Shown here: piece after piece, positions 1 through 9,251 of the stretch | Layout of the letters: the number at the start of each line of letters is the position of its first letter | How positions within the stretch are numbered: the first letter of the stretch is position 1 | Source: Thermodesulfobacteriota bacterium | GTDB taxonomy: Bacteria; Desulfobacterota_D; UBA1144; Nemesobacterales; UBA2774 | Direction of reading: 5' to 3' | Assembly (NCBI GenBank): GCA_965216785.1 | Contig: OZ244197.1 | Span: 2,048,001 to 2,112,000, forward strand | Length of the DNA: 64,000 nucleotides | Made by a program: the position numbers and the translations under genes | The notes under the pieces: generated by a model | What the model saw: the letters and a program-made list of their open reading frames with translations, nothing else | What the model was told of the DNA's origin: nothing | Database searches by the model: none

Positions 1-427
1 AGGGTTTAAGAACTCTAAGGGACAAACTAAACCTTCATTTTCCGCGGACGTATTAGGCGGCGGAAGGCTGATGTACATGGATAATACGATTAACTTCGGC
101 GGCCGCGGGCCGGTAGGAGTATCGAACCAGGTTTCTGAGAGTGAAACATGGTTTGATTTTATGGTCGGCGCGAGAATAAAATGGCAGATGTTAAACAGGG
201 TATTTTTTACTTCACGGACCGATATAGGCGGATTTGGTTTTGGATTCTCATCGGATTTCTCATGGAATTTTGTCGGCATGTTCGGTGTGGACGCGACCGA
301 CTGGATGCAGATACTGCTAGGCTACAGGGTCTTCTATGACGATTACAGCAACGGGTCGGGGAATAACCGCTTCGTATACGATGCATGGATGACCGGGCCT
401 ATGGTTGGTATTAATTTCTACTATTAA
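1..427 (+). CDS. Outer-membrane beta-barrel protein, 5'-partial (ORF runs off the window start)
   Basis: Frame is open from position 2 (GFKNSKGQTKPSFSADVLGGGRLMY...). Amphipathic beta-strands and an aromatic C-terminus (GPMVGINFYY). Confidence 0.7.
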   Translation, partial: GFKNSKGQTKPSFSADVLGGGRLMYMDNTINFGGRGPVGVSNQVSESETWFDFMVGARIKWQMLNRVFFTSRTDIGGFGFGFSSDFSWNFVGMFGVDATDWMQILLGYRVFYDDYSNGSGNNRFVYDAWMTGPMVGINFYY

Positions 428-485
428 AAGTTAGAACTGAAAGTATGGCTTGGTTTTAAATAATCTCATATGCGGAGGGCATATA

Positions 486-1730
486 ATGAGACATATAAAC
501 AAACTCGGCGGATTGCTTTTTTTACTTATGATATCTGCAGGTATAGGAATTTACTCGGTTGATTACCTTGTGGATATGTCGGCGCCAATTGAAGCTTCGG
601 CGCAAACTGAAAATTCACAGACACCCAAAGGCAGACAGCCTGTCGCGATAAAGAACGGCAAGTATCCTGCCAGCTATTTCCCGAATACCGAGCTGCTCGG
701 TGCTGATGAGATGAGGATCACGGCTCTTGGCACGGGTATGCCGAACCAGGCCAAGAAGGCTGCGTCAATCTCATATCTCGTTGAGCTGGGTAATGGGGAC
801 GTGTTTTTATTCGACATAGGTCTGGGCTCGATGTCAAACCTGTTCGCGCTGCGGCCCGACTTCTCGAAGATCGATAAGGTGTTCGCCAGCCACTTGCACG
901 TGGACCACGTGGGCGATTTCATGGGTCTTCATATAGGCGGCTGGCTTTCGGGGCGCTATACGCCGATACACATTTACGGGCCCACCGGTTCCACCCCGGA
1001 ACTTGGTACCAAGACGTTCGTTGAGGGCATGCAGAAGGGTTACGCTTGGGACCTTGCCACCCGTACCGGTGCGCTGCCTGATCAGGGCGCGCAGATCGTT
1101 GTGCACGAGTTTGACTATATGCAGCAAAATGAGATCGTCTACCAGGACAACGGTGTAACGATCAGGTCCTGGCCTGCAATTCACAGCCTGGACGGCTCGG
1201 TGAGCTACAGCCTCGAATGGAACGGGCTCAAGTACGTATTCGGCGGCGATACCTACCCAAACAAATGGTATATAGAATACGCAAAGAACGCGGATGTGGC
1301 CTCGCACGAGTGCTTCCTTCCGCCCGAGGCCCTGGCTGAGTACTTTGGCTGGGACTTGGCCCAGGCGACTTATGTGTCGACGAGAGTGCACACCGAACCC
1401 CAGGCTTTTGGGAAGGTTATGTCCACGATCAAGCCCAGGCACGCCATTGGCTACCACTCGGTGCAATCGCCAGAGAACAACGCCGCGATCATAGATGAAG
1501 TCCGAAAGACCTATGACGGTCCGCTGTCTTTAGCGCGCGACCTGATGGTAATAAATGTCACTAAGGATAATATCGTGGAGCGTATGGCCGTGGTCGATGA
1601 ATATGTTCTCCCGCCCGATGTGACAAAGCAGTACATCGACGCACCCCGCACGGATCAGAAGCACCCGTCAGAGAAAGTTGAAAGCGGCAAGTGGAAAGGG
1701 TATACGCCTCCGCCGATGCCGGAGAGATAG
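486..1730 (+). CDS. Exported MBL-fold hydrolase, RNase Z/AtsA arylsulfatase (GntH-like) family, paralog 1
   Basis: LGTG motif, FDIG, SHLHVDH (HxHxDH), AIH, FGGDT, HEC, HT. N-terminal hydrophobic segment. GGAGGG SD favours ATG 486. Confidence 0.85.
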   Translation: MRHINKLGGLLFLLMISAGIGIYSVDYLVDMSAPIEASAQTENSQTPKGRQPVAIKNGKYPASYFPNTELLGADEMRITALGTGMPNQAKKAASISYLVELGNGDVFLFDIGLGSMSNLFALRPDFSKIDKVFASHLHVDHVGDFMGLHIGGWLSGRYTPIHIYGPTGSTPELGTKTFVEGMQKGYAWDLATRTGALPDQGAQIVVHEFDYMQQNEIVYQDNGVTIRSWPAIHSLDGSVSYSLEWNGLKYVFGGDTYPNKWYIEYAKNADVASHECFLPPEALAEYFGWDLAQATYVSTRVHTEPQAFGKVMSTIKPRHAIGYHSVQSPENNAAIIDEVRKTYDGPLSLARDLMVINVTKDNIVERMAVVDEYVLPPDVTKQYIDAPRTDQKHPSEKVESGKWKGYTPPPMPER

Positions 1731-1857
1731 CTGTAGTGCAGATATTTATGAGTTCTGGTATAAATAAAAATATCGTATGGGCTTGATTGTACCTTGCACG
1801 ATTGGGATTTTATTATTTAGGGCATCTTTCGCCACATTGTTGTAGAGAAGAGAAATA

Positions 1858-3006
1858 ATGATCCCTAGAATACAAATTATGCTCGTGATTGTTTTGTTCT
1901 TAATCTCGGGTATTGCTGTAGCCCAAAACACTGAGAAGCGGTTACCTACATATTTCCCGAACACCGAAGAGCTAAGGCCGGATGAGATGCGCATCACTGC
2001 GCTCGGCACAGGACTCCCGACACCAACCACTCGGGCCCAGAAATCAACAGGCTTCATGGTTGAGTTAGGTAACGGCGATGTATTCCTGTTCGATATCGGG
2101 TCGGGTACGATGGAAAATATTTTCGGGCTGCGCCCTGACTTTTCGAAGATGGACAAGATTTTCCTAAGTCACCTGCATTCCGATCATTTCGGTGATTTGG
2201 ACGCCTTCATTGTCGGAAGTTGGTTAAGCGGGCGCTATACGCCGCTTCACGTGTACGGGGGTTCGGGGGAAACGCCCGAACTGGGTACCAAGGCAGCCGT
2301 AGAGGCTCTGGTAAAGGCCCTTGCTTGGGACATTAAGGGCCGCACCGGATTACTGCCCGATGCCGGCGGTAAAGTCATTGCTCACGAGTTTGACTACAAA
2401 GAGGAAGACCAGGTGGTCTATGAAAAGAACGGTGTCAGGATTACGAGCTGGCCGGCCATTCATAGCCTGGACGGCTCAGTGAGTTACCGATTGGAATGGA
2501 ATGATCTCAGCTTCGTGTTTGGAGGCGATACCCGGCCGAACAAATGGTTCATAGAATACGCCAAGGGAGCTGACTTTGCGATACACGAGTGTTTTCCTAC
2601 GCCCGAAGGGTTAGCGGCATTCAACGATTGGGAAATACGCCCGGCTACATTCGTCTCGTCGTACATCCACACACCGCCGCAGGGCTTTGGTAAGGTCATG
2701 TCAGAAATCGAGCCGCGTATGGCTGTGGCCTTTCACACGGTGCTGCTGCCGGATATTCAGCAGGGGATGCTCGAAGGAATACGCGAGACTTACAATGGCC
2801 CTCTGACCATAGCCACAGACCTTATGGTCTGGAATGTAACTAAAGACACTATCACCACAAGAGAAGCCGTCTTCCCTGACCGTGTCACACCGCCGTCAAC
2901 CACACAGGCCTATCATACAGCGCCTAGAAGCGGCGAGGCCAAGATGTCCGAGTACATAATGGAAGGGGTCTGGAAGGGGTTTACGCCGCCTCCGTTGCCT
3001 GAATGA
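1858..3006 (+). CDS. Exported MBL-fold hydrolase, RNase Z/AtsA (GntH-like) family, paralog 2
   Basis: Signal peptide (..AVA/QN), LGTG, SHLHSDH, WPAIHSLDG, FGGDT, HECF. Closely similar to paralog 1. Confidence 0.85.
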   Translation: MIPRIQIMLVIVLFLISGIAVAQNTEKRLPTYFPNTEELRPDEMRITALGTGLPTPTTRAQKSTGFMVELGNGDVFLFDIGSGTMENIFGLRPDFSKMDKIFLSHLHSDHFGDLDAFIVGSWLSGRYTPLHVYGGSGETPELGTKAAVEALVKALAWDIKGRTGLLPDAGGKVIAHEFDYKEEDQVVYEKNGVRITSWPAIHSLDGSVSYRLEWNDLSFVFGGDTRPNKWFIEYAKGADFAIHECFPTPEGLAAFNDWEIRPATFVSSYIHTPPQGFGKVMSEIEPRMAVAFHTVLLPDIQQGMLEGIRETYNGPLTIATDLMVWNVTKDTITTREAVFPDRVTPPSTTQAYHTAPRSGEAKMSEYIMEGVWKGFTPPPLPE

Positions 3007-3143
3007 TTAGGAGCTGAACGATGAATCATTGAACTGGCTCCGGAACGAAAGACTGAATAGATGACAGCTTAAACATGTGCTGATATGGTAATGTAATTGA
3101 TAGTCCAAAATGTTTGGTCGCACGATAAAGGAATAAACAGCTT

Positions 3144-3941
3144 ATGAGAATCTTATACGCATTAATACTCCTGGCACTCTGTTTCACATTTAACCGGATT
3201 AGCTATGCGCAAACCGAGGAAGATCTTGCCAAAAAGACACAAAACCCGATAGCGGATTTGATCAGCATACCATTTCAGAACAACTTTGATTTTAATATGG
3301 GCCCGCACGACAGAACACGCTATACGTTAAACATACAGCCTGTTATCCCATTTCATATAACTGAGAACTGGAACCTTGTTACCAGAACAATCGCACCTGT
3401 AAAATATCAGCCTGACGTCACTGAAAACAGCGGCGGGGAATTTGGTCTTGGAGACATAAACACCTCTTGGTGGTTATCCCCATCCAAACCGGGCAAAGTA
3501 GTCTGGGGCATAGGGCCGATCCTTCAATTCCCTTCAGCGACGGATGATTCACTCGGTACAGGTAAATGGGCAGCCGGGCCTTCTTTAGTAGCTCTTGTCA
3601 CACCGGGCAAATGGGTAGTAGGTTTTCTGGCAAACAATATTTGGTCGTTTGCCGGGGACTCGGATAGAGACGATGTAAACTTCTTCACATTTCAATATTT
3701 TGTAAATTACAACCTACCTAAAGGCTGGTACCTTGTATCGGCACCAATCAATACCGCGGACTGGGAAGCTGATAGCAGCGATCGGTGGACCGTGCCTCTC
3801 GGAGGAGGCGCCGGTAAGGTAGTAAAACTCGGCAAGCTGCCTATTAATCTGCAGTCTCAGGCGTTTTATAATGTGGAACACCCACAGTTCGGGCCTGAGT
3901 GGCAGCTGAGAGTTCAATTTCAGCTCCTGTTCCCGAGGTAG
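3144..3941 (+). CDS. Outer-membrane beta-barrel ('neuromedin U'-annotated / MetA-pathway-like channel)
   Basis: Signal peptide, LAKKTQNPIADLISIPFQNN, LNIQPVIP, GLGDI, C-terminal QFQLLFP. Confidence 0.75.
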   Translation: MRILYALILLALCFTFNRISYAQTEEDLAKKTQNPIADLISIPFQNNFDFNMGPHDRTRYTLNIQPVIPFHITENWNLVTRTIAPVKYQPDVTENSGGEFGLGDINTSWWLSPSKPGKVVWGIGPILQFPSATDDSLGTGKWAAGPSLVALVTPGKWVVGFLANNIWSFAGDSDRDDVNFFTFQYFVNYNLPKGWYLVSAPINTADWEADSSDRWTVPLGGGAGKVVKLGKLPINLQSQAFYNVEHPQFGPEWQLRVQFQLLFPR

Positions 3942-4015
3942 TGGGGTATGAAGAACGAGATTGATAAGCTCGTTCTCCGGGCTTATCAATCTCGGAAATT
4001 CTGTGTTTTTATTCT

Positions 4016-5335
4016 TTATTCCTTTTTCTCTTCTACCATGCCCGTATAGGCAGGGAAAACATTTGTGCCGTTTTCCTTATTAAACCTTTCAATCATCTGG
4101 TTAGTTACCTTAGCGGCAGGTACATCAATGCTCTCTCTATCGAAAGAACTAAACGGGAACTCGGCTGCTGAGTCAGGCGGCTGTTTTACCATCTGAACCG
4201 GAGCCGGGAAGGTTTCATGATTCGGTACACCCATTCTCGTGCGGACACCATCTTTGGTAACGTTCCAGGTCATAAAGTCAGTCGCAAGATCAAGAGGGCC
4301 TGAATACGTTTCACGAATAGCCGAGTGAACGGCAAGCGCTGTATCAAAATCGTTCTGGAAGTGATAGCATACAGCTTTTACAGGCTTTGTCTGCTCCATA
4401 ATTTTGCCAAACGCCTGTGCCGCGGTGTGCCCCTGGGTACCGACAAACACTGCTTCTCCCGGTGTGAAACCGTAGCGCGCCATCATCATTTCAGGCGGGA
4501 TGAAACATTCATGAATGGCAAGATCAACGCCTTTGGCGTGCTCTGCCCACCATCTTGTCGGAAGCGTGTCGCTTGAAAACGCGAAAGTAAGACCGTTCCA
4601 CTCAAGTATGAAGCTAACTGACTGCTCGCCATGGATCGCGGGCAGTGTCCTTACCTGAACGCCGTTTTCGTCAAAGATAACATTGTTCACAGCTTTCCAG
4701 TCAAACTCGTTAACTTCAAGTTTTAGACCCCTTGGGTCAACAGCGGCTCCCCTGGTGGCCGCTTCCCATGCCCACATCTTAACCATATAGTCAGCCCATG
4801 CTTTTGTGCCCCACTCGGGCTTTACGCCGTTAGGTCCCCACAGACGCACTGGGGTAAGACGGTTGTTCACAGGACCGGTGAAATAAAAAGCCGGGAAATC
4901 CCCCGCGTGGTCCAGATGAAGGTGGCCGAGAAAAACTTTGTTGAGCTGGTCGAGCGGAATGCCGAGTGCCATGAGTCTTTCGTATGACCCCTCTCCCATA
5001 TCAAAGATAAATTTCTCACCGTTTCCAAGCTCGACGAGGTAGCAGGCCGCAGCCTGTTTCAGACGGGGCTGAGGCATCCCTGTGCCGCATGCTATAACAC
5101 GCATCTCATCAGGTCCAAGCTCTTCAGTGCCCGGGTAATACGCCTCATGCTGAGGGTAGGGTTTCGTAGGTGACCATTTCTTAGGCCCTTTCTGCTCGGC
5201 TACAGCCTCTTGGCTATCGAGCGCCGAAATTGTGCTTTTAGCGGCGTCTCCGACATTTATATATCCCTTACCAACTACAAAGCCAAAAGCCGCTATTATT
5301 AAAGCAGCAAAAACTAATGATAAATATACTCTCAT
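4016..5335 (-). CDS. Exported MBL-fold hydrolase, RNase Z/AtsA (GntH-like) family, paralog 3
   Basis: CGTGMP, FDMG, GHLHLDH, AIH, FSSDT, HECF. N-terminal TM segment. AGGAGG SD. Confidence 0.85.
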   Translation of the reverse strand: MRVYLSLVFAALIIAAFGFVVGKGYINVGDAAKSTISALDSQEAVAEQKGPKKWSPTKPYPQHEAYYPGTEELGPDEMRVIACGTGMPQPRLKQAAACYLVELGNGEKFIFDMGEGSYERLMALGIPLDQLNKVFLGHLHLDHAGDFPAFYFTGPVNNRLTPVRLWGPNGVKPEWGTKAWADYMVKMWAWEAATRGAAVDPRGLKLEVNEFDWKAVNNVIFDENGVQVRTLPAIHGEQSVSFILEWNGLTFAFSSDTLPTRWWAEHAKGVDLAIHECFIPPEMMMARYGFTPGEAVFVGTQGHTAAQAFGKIMEQTKPVKAVCYHFQNDFDTALAVHSAIRETYSGPLDLATDFMTWNVTKDGVRTRMGVPNHETFPAPVQMVKQPPDSAAEFPFSSFDRESIDVPAAKVTNQMIERFNKENGTNVFPAYTGMVEEKKE

Positions 5336-5579
5336 AGTTCCCTCCTAAGGTCTTTTGTTACACTAAATCCAATCTTATCTTAACAAATCCGAGACTCTGT
5401 ATACATCAAAAAACGGCAAATATGCTTTTATAAAGATAATTTCGAAGCGGATGAATTATTATTTGTATATACTATAAACGTTGTGTACGGGTAACCAGAC
5501 CGGACATATATAGATATTATAATAACATAAATAAGCGCATATGATTAACACTGGGTAGTATATATAAATAATTTGACCT

Positions 5580-7343
5580 ATGAACAGTAATAATATAAAG
5601 CTTACCGCAATTTTAATCATCTTGATTTCATTTGCTGAAATTGCCGGTGCGGACTATATAAACTTCACGGGCGCCGAGCTTAGCTCGACGATTGCCGAAT
5701 TCTACATTGAAGACGATAAAATAGTACTCGTTCTCGAGATAGGGGAAAGAGACGAGGAGGCTTTTTCGGACCTGATTTCAGAGGCTGGTGAAAGCACCCC
5801 TGGCGAAGTACAAAAGCTGAGAAAACGCTTCTTTAAAGAGGGGCTTGTAATTAAGGCTGACGGGGCTCCGCTCGTAGGAGAGGTAAGGGTAGGGGAAGTG
5901 AGGGAAAGGATACAAAGGCCCTCTAGGTTCAATAAACCTCCCGGAGGTCAAAAGCCAAGCCAGTATGTAAATTATGTTGAGATTGAATATCCGTTTAAGC
6001 AACAACCCGAGACAGTAGAGTTTATACCTCCTTTGGACGAAAACGGGTATGCCGACGCTAGCATAGGTTATGTGGTCTACCATAAATCGATCCCGGTGAT
6101 TGATTTCCGTTTCCTCGTCCCGGGCGCCGAGCTGAACCTTAACTGGGAAGACCCCTGGTATTCCAAGTTTGATAACCCGAACCTTAAACGCCACCACAGC
6201 TCTTCACTGATGTCCTTTTTATACATAGAGCCCTTTGAAGTGCGTCATGAAATTCTAGTAAGGCTTAAGGACATGGAAGAGTGGATCGATTTTGATTTTG
6301 AGAATGATGATATGCTCGGCGCTGAACAAAAGAGTGTAATAGAAGAGAAGCTGACTCAATACTTCCTTACCCATAACACTGTGGAAATAGACGGGGATGA
6401 AGTAAAACCCATATTAGACCGGGTGAAGTTTGTACGAGCAAACCTGACCGGGATTCAGTACCTTGAAGACTCGGAGGAAATTGAATACCTCTCGGCTATC
6501 GTAGGGATAATACTCGCATACCCTGTTGAAGGGATGCCTAAACAGGTGACTGTAGATTGGGATATGTTTAGTGATAATATTCAGAGCGTCCCGGCCAGAA
6601 TGGTAGACCCCGCGGGGCCGTTCCCATACTTTCTGTCTCCTGACGACAACGTACTTACGTGGAATAATTATCTTAAGAACTTCAGCATGCCCGAGATTTC
6701 GGAGCTCAGCGTAGAGGACTCGGCAAACAACGTGAGCCTTCCTCTCGGAACACTTGCTTCCCTTATTGTCTTCATAGGGGTTGCCTGGCAGATAAGGGTA
6801 CGTAATGGTAAAAGAGAAAAACCTCGGGTTCTCTACGCTATAGCCGTTATCGCGCTGATTGCCGGAGCTTTGTTATTCCCGTACCTGAGGGTCTCGATAA
6901 CGGAGAAGGTGCCTACTAAGCTTGTGCTCAATGAGGAGCAATCGGCGTTCATTCTCCAGAACCTGCTGAAAAATGTTTACAGGGCCTTTGATTTCAAGAA
7001 CGAAGAGGACATTTACGACAAGCTCGCGCTTAGCCTGGACGGCGATCTTTTGAGCGAGGTGTATCTGGATACAAAAAAGAGTATGGAGATAGAGCAGCAG
7101 GGCGGCGCAAGGGCGAAGGTGGTGGACATCGAGCTGTCGGACGTTCAGAGTGAGCCGCTTGAAGGAGAATTCGGGCTTAAGTATCATAGCACGTGGAGAG
7201 TCTCGGGCAGTGTCGAGCACTGGGGGCACAAGCACAATAGAATCAATCAATACGAGGCGGAAATTACCGTAAAGCCTGTGGACGGCGCCTGGAAAATTAC
7301 CGACATAGACCTGATTGAAGAAAAACGGGTTCAGCCGATATGA
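5580..7343 (+). CDS. Uncharacterised exported/membrane protein coupled to an ABC module
   Basis: 587 aa with a signal peptide, two internal TM helices and His-rich motifs (LKRHH, EVRHE, VEHWGHKH). Its stop overlaps the next ATG. Confidence 0.7.
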   Translation: MNSNNIKLTAILIILISFAEIAGADYINFTGAELSSTIAEFYIEDDKIVLVLEIGERDEEAFSDLISEAGESTPGEVQKLRKRFFKEGLVIKADGAPLVGEVRVGEVRERIQRPSRFNKPPGGQKPSQYVNYVEIEYPFKQQPETVEFIPPLDENGYADASIGYVVYHKSIPVIDFRFLVPGAELNLNWEDPWYSKFDNPNLKRHHSSSLMSFLYIEPFEVRHEILVRLKDMEEWIDFDFENDDMLGAEQKSVIEEKLTQYFLTHNTVEIDGDEVKPILDRVKFVRANLTGIQYLEDSEEIEYLSAIVGIILAYPVEGMPKQVTVDWDMFSDNIQSVPARMVDPAGPFPYFLSPDDNVLTWNNYLKNFSMPEISELSVEDSANNVSLPLGTLASLIVFIGVAWQIRVRNGKREKPRVLYAIAVIALIAGALLFPYLRVSITEKVPTKLVLNEEQSAFILQNLLKNVYRAFDFKNEEDIYDKLALSLDGDLLSEVYLDTKKSMEIEQQGGARAKVVDIELSDVQSEPLEGEFGLKYHSTWRVSGSVEHWGHKHNRINQYEAEITVKPVDGAWKITDIDLIEEKRVQPI

Positions 7344-7996
7344 TAAATATACAAGATCTTAGTTTTGAATACCCCGGAAGCGGTTTTAAGCTGGATATAT
7401 CGGAGCTCCAGATACCAAAAGGGATTAAAGCCGCGGTCATAGGCCCGAGCGGTTACGGTAAGACTACGTTCTTAAATCTTGTCTCGGGTATATTCACTCC
7501 TTCCAGGGGGAAGGTAGAGATAGATGAAATGGTTATCAGCGCACTCCCGGACGCCGAACGCCGCAGCTTTCGTATATCGAATATCGGGTTTGTGTTCCAA
7601 AACTTTGAGCTTGTCGAGTACTTAACGGTTATTGACAATATTCTTCTTCCCTACCGAATTAACACCTCTCTTAAGCTCACACCCGAAGTAAGGTCCCGGG
7701 CGGAAGAGCTGGGGAATAAAATGGGGCTTGGAGATAAGCTCAGGCGCAATGTGACAAAGCTTTCACAGGGCGAGATGCAAAGGAGTGCGGTTTGCAGAGC
7801 ACTTGTGACAGGACCCGACATACTGCTGGCCGACGAGCCCACGGGGAACCTTGACCCTGAGAATAAGGAGCACACAATGAGGACTCTATTTGATTATTCG
7901 GTAGAGTCAGGGAGCACGCTTATTATGGTTACGCACGACCACGGCTTGCTCGGCGGGTTTGATACAGTAATAGACTTAACGGCTTACGCGAACTGA
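7340..7996 (+). CDS. ABC transporter ATP-binding protein (LolD/MacB-like)
   Basis: Walker A GPSGYGKT, signature LSQGE, Walker B LLADEPTGNLD, H-loop VTHD. Confidence 0.92.
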   Translation: MINIQDLSFEYPGSGFKLDISELQIPKGIKAAVIGPSGYGKTTFLNLVSGIFTPSRGKVEIDEMVISALPDAERRSFRISNIGFVFQNFELVEYLTVIDNILLPYRINTSLKLTPEVRSRAEELGNKMGLGDKLRRNVTKLSQGEMQRSAVCRALVTGPDILLADEPTGNLDPENKEHTMRTLFDYSVESGSTLIMVTHDHGLLGGFDTVIDLTAYAN

Positions 7997-7998
7997 AT

Positions 7999-9177
7999 AT
8001 GATAGATAGTCTATACCTCGCATGGCAGTACATTCTTAACAACAAGATAAAGACCGTAGTGATGATAGTTTCGGTGACCGTTATTATCTACCTTCCGCTC
8101 GGGCTTAATATCCTTGTTAATCAGAGTGAAGAGCAGCTGCTTAAAAGGGCCTCGTCCACGCCGCTTATCGTTGGGGCCAAGGGAAGCTCGCTTGATCTGG
8201 TCATCAATACACTTTACTTCGAGCCCGCCGAATTTGAAGCGCTCACAATGAGCGCAGTGGACAGGATCGAGCAGAGCGGGCTTGCGGTCCCGGTCCCGAT
8301 GCACGTGCGCTTTAAGGCCCGGGGGTACCCGATAGTAGGAACCGGGCTTGAATATTTTGATTTCAGGGGGCTGGAATTAGAGAAGGGGAGCGGCATAGCT
8401 TTTCTGGGCGACTGCGTCATCGGCTCCACTGTATCTTCAAGACTGGGTTTGAACCCGGGAGACACCATAATTTCCTCACCTGAGACAATGCTCGATATTG
8501 CAGGTGTGTATCCTCTAAAGATGAATATAGTCGGGGTGCTGAGGGAGTCTCACAGCCCTGACGATAGAGCGATCTTCACCGATATGAAGACAGCCTGGGT
8601 AATCCAGGGGCTCGGACACGGACATGAGGACCTCGCTAAGACCGAGGATAAAAGCGTTCTGCTCGGTGTGGAGGACGGTAACTACAAGGCGAACGCGAAG
8701 CTGTATCAATACAATACTGTGTCTGAAGATAATGTAGACGAATTTCATTTCCATGGGGATCGATCGGGCTTTCCGGTTACGGCCGTTATCGCGGTTCCGA
8801 ATAGTGAAAAAGATAAGACCCTTCTTATGGGAAGATATATATCAAGCGCTGAGATGTCGCAAATTGTGCAGCCGGACAAGGTGATCGAAAAACTCCTTGG
8901 CAGCATCTTCAAAATTAAGGGGTTTCTCGATTCGGTATTCGTTATAGTCGCGGTATCCACGGTGCTGCTGCTCGGGCTTGTGGTTATGCTTTCTCTTCGG
9001 CTCAGGAGCCGGGAGATTCAGACCATGTACAGGATGGGCTGCAGCAGGTTTAAAGTAGCTGAGCTGCTGGGGTTTGAGATCGGCATCATATTAGTCGTAA
9101 GTATAATTTTTTCAGCGATTTTAATGATCGCTACTATGAGGTATGTATCCGAGTTTATTAAAGTTTTTATCGTTTAG
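7999..9177 (+). CDS. ABC transporter permease (FtsX/MacB type)
   Basis: One N-terminal TM, a large periplasmic loop with GHGH, and C-terminal TMs with R.REI..M..MG.SR. Confidence 0.85.
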   Translation: MIDSLYLAWQYILNNKIKTVVMIVSVTVIIYLPLGLNILVNQSEEQLLKRASSTPLIVGAKGSSLDLVINTLYFEPAEFEALTMSAVDRIEQSGLAVPVPMHVRFKARGYPIVGTGLEYFDFRGLELEKGSGIAFLGDCVIGSTVSSRLGLNPGDTIISSPETMLDIAGVYPLKMNIVGVLRESHSPDDRAIFTDMKTAWVIQGLGHGHEDLAKTEDKSVLLGVEDGNYKANAKLYQYNTVSEDNVDEFHFHGDRSGFPVTAVIAVPNSEKDKTLLMGRYISSAEMSQIVQPDKVIEKLLGSIFKIKGFLDSVFVIVAVSTVLLLGLVVMLSLRLRSREIQTMYRMGCSRFKVAELLGFEIGIILVVSIIFSAILMIATMRYVSEFIKVFIV

Positions 9178-9251
9178 TCTCAATCGAGACGGTCCTTAAT
9201 AATTCACCGCCTTTGGTGTAGCGCTTCTAATAGCGCATTCCCCTCTCAAAT

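Noticed and set aside
486-5335. Guanitoxin biosynthesis cluster, or rnz genes
   Set aside because: No other gnt-like enzymes are adjacent, and export signals argue against cytoplasmic tRNA processing.
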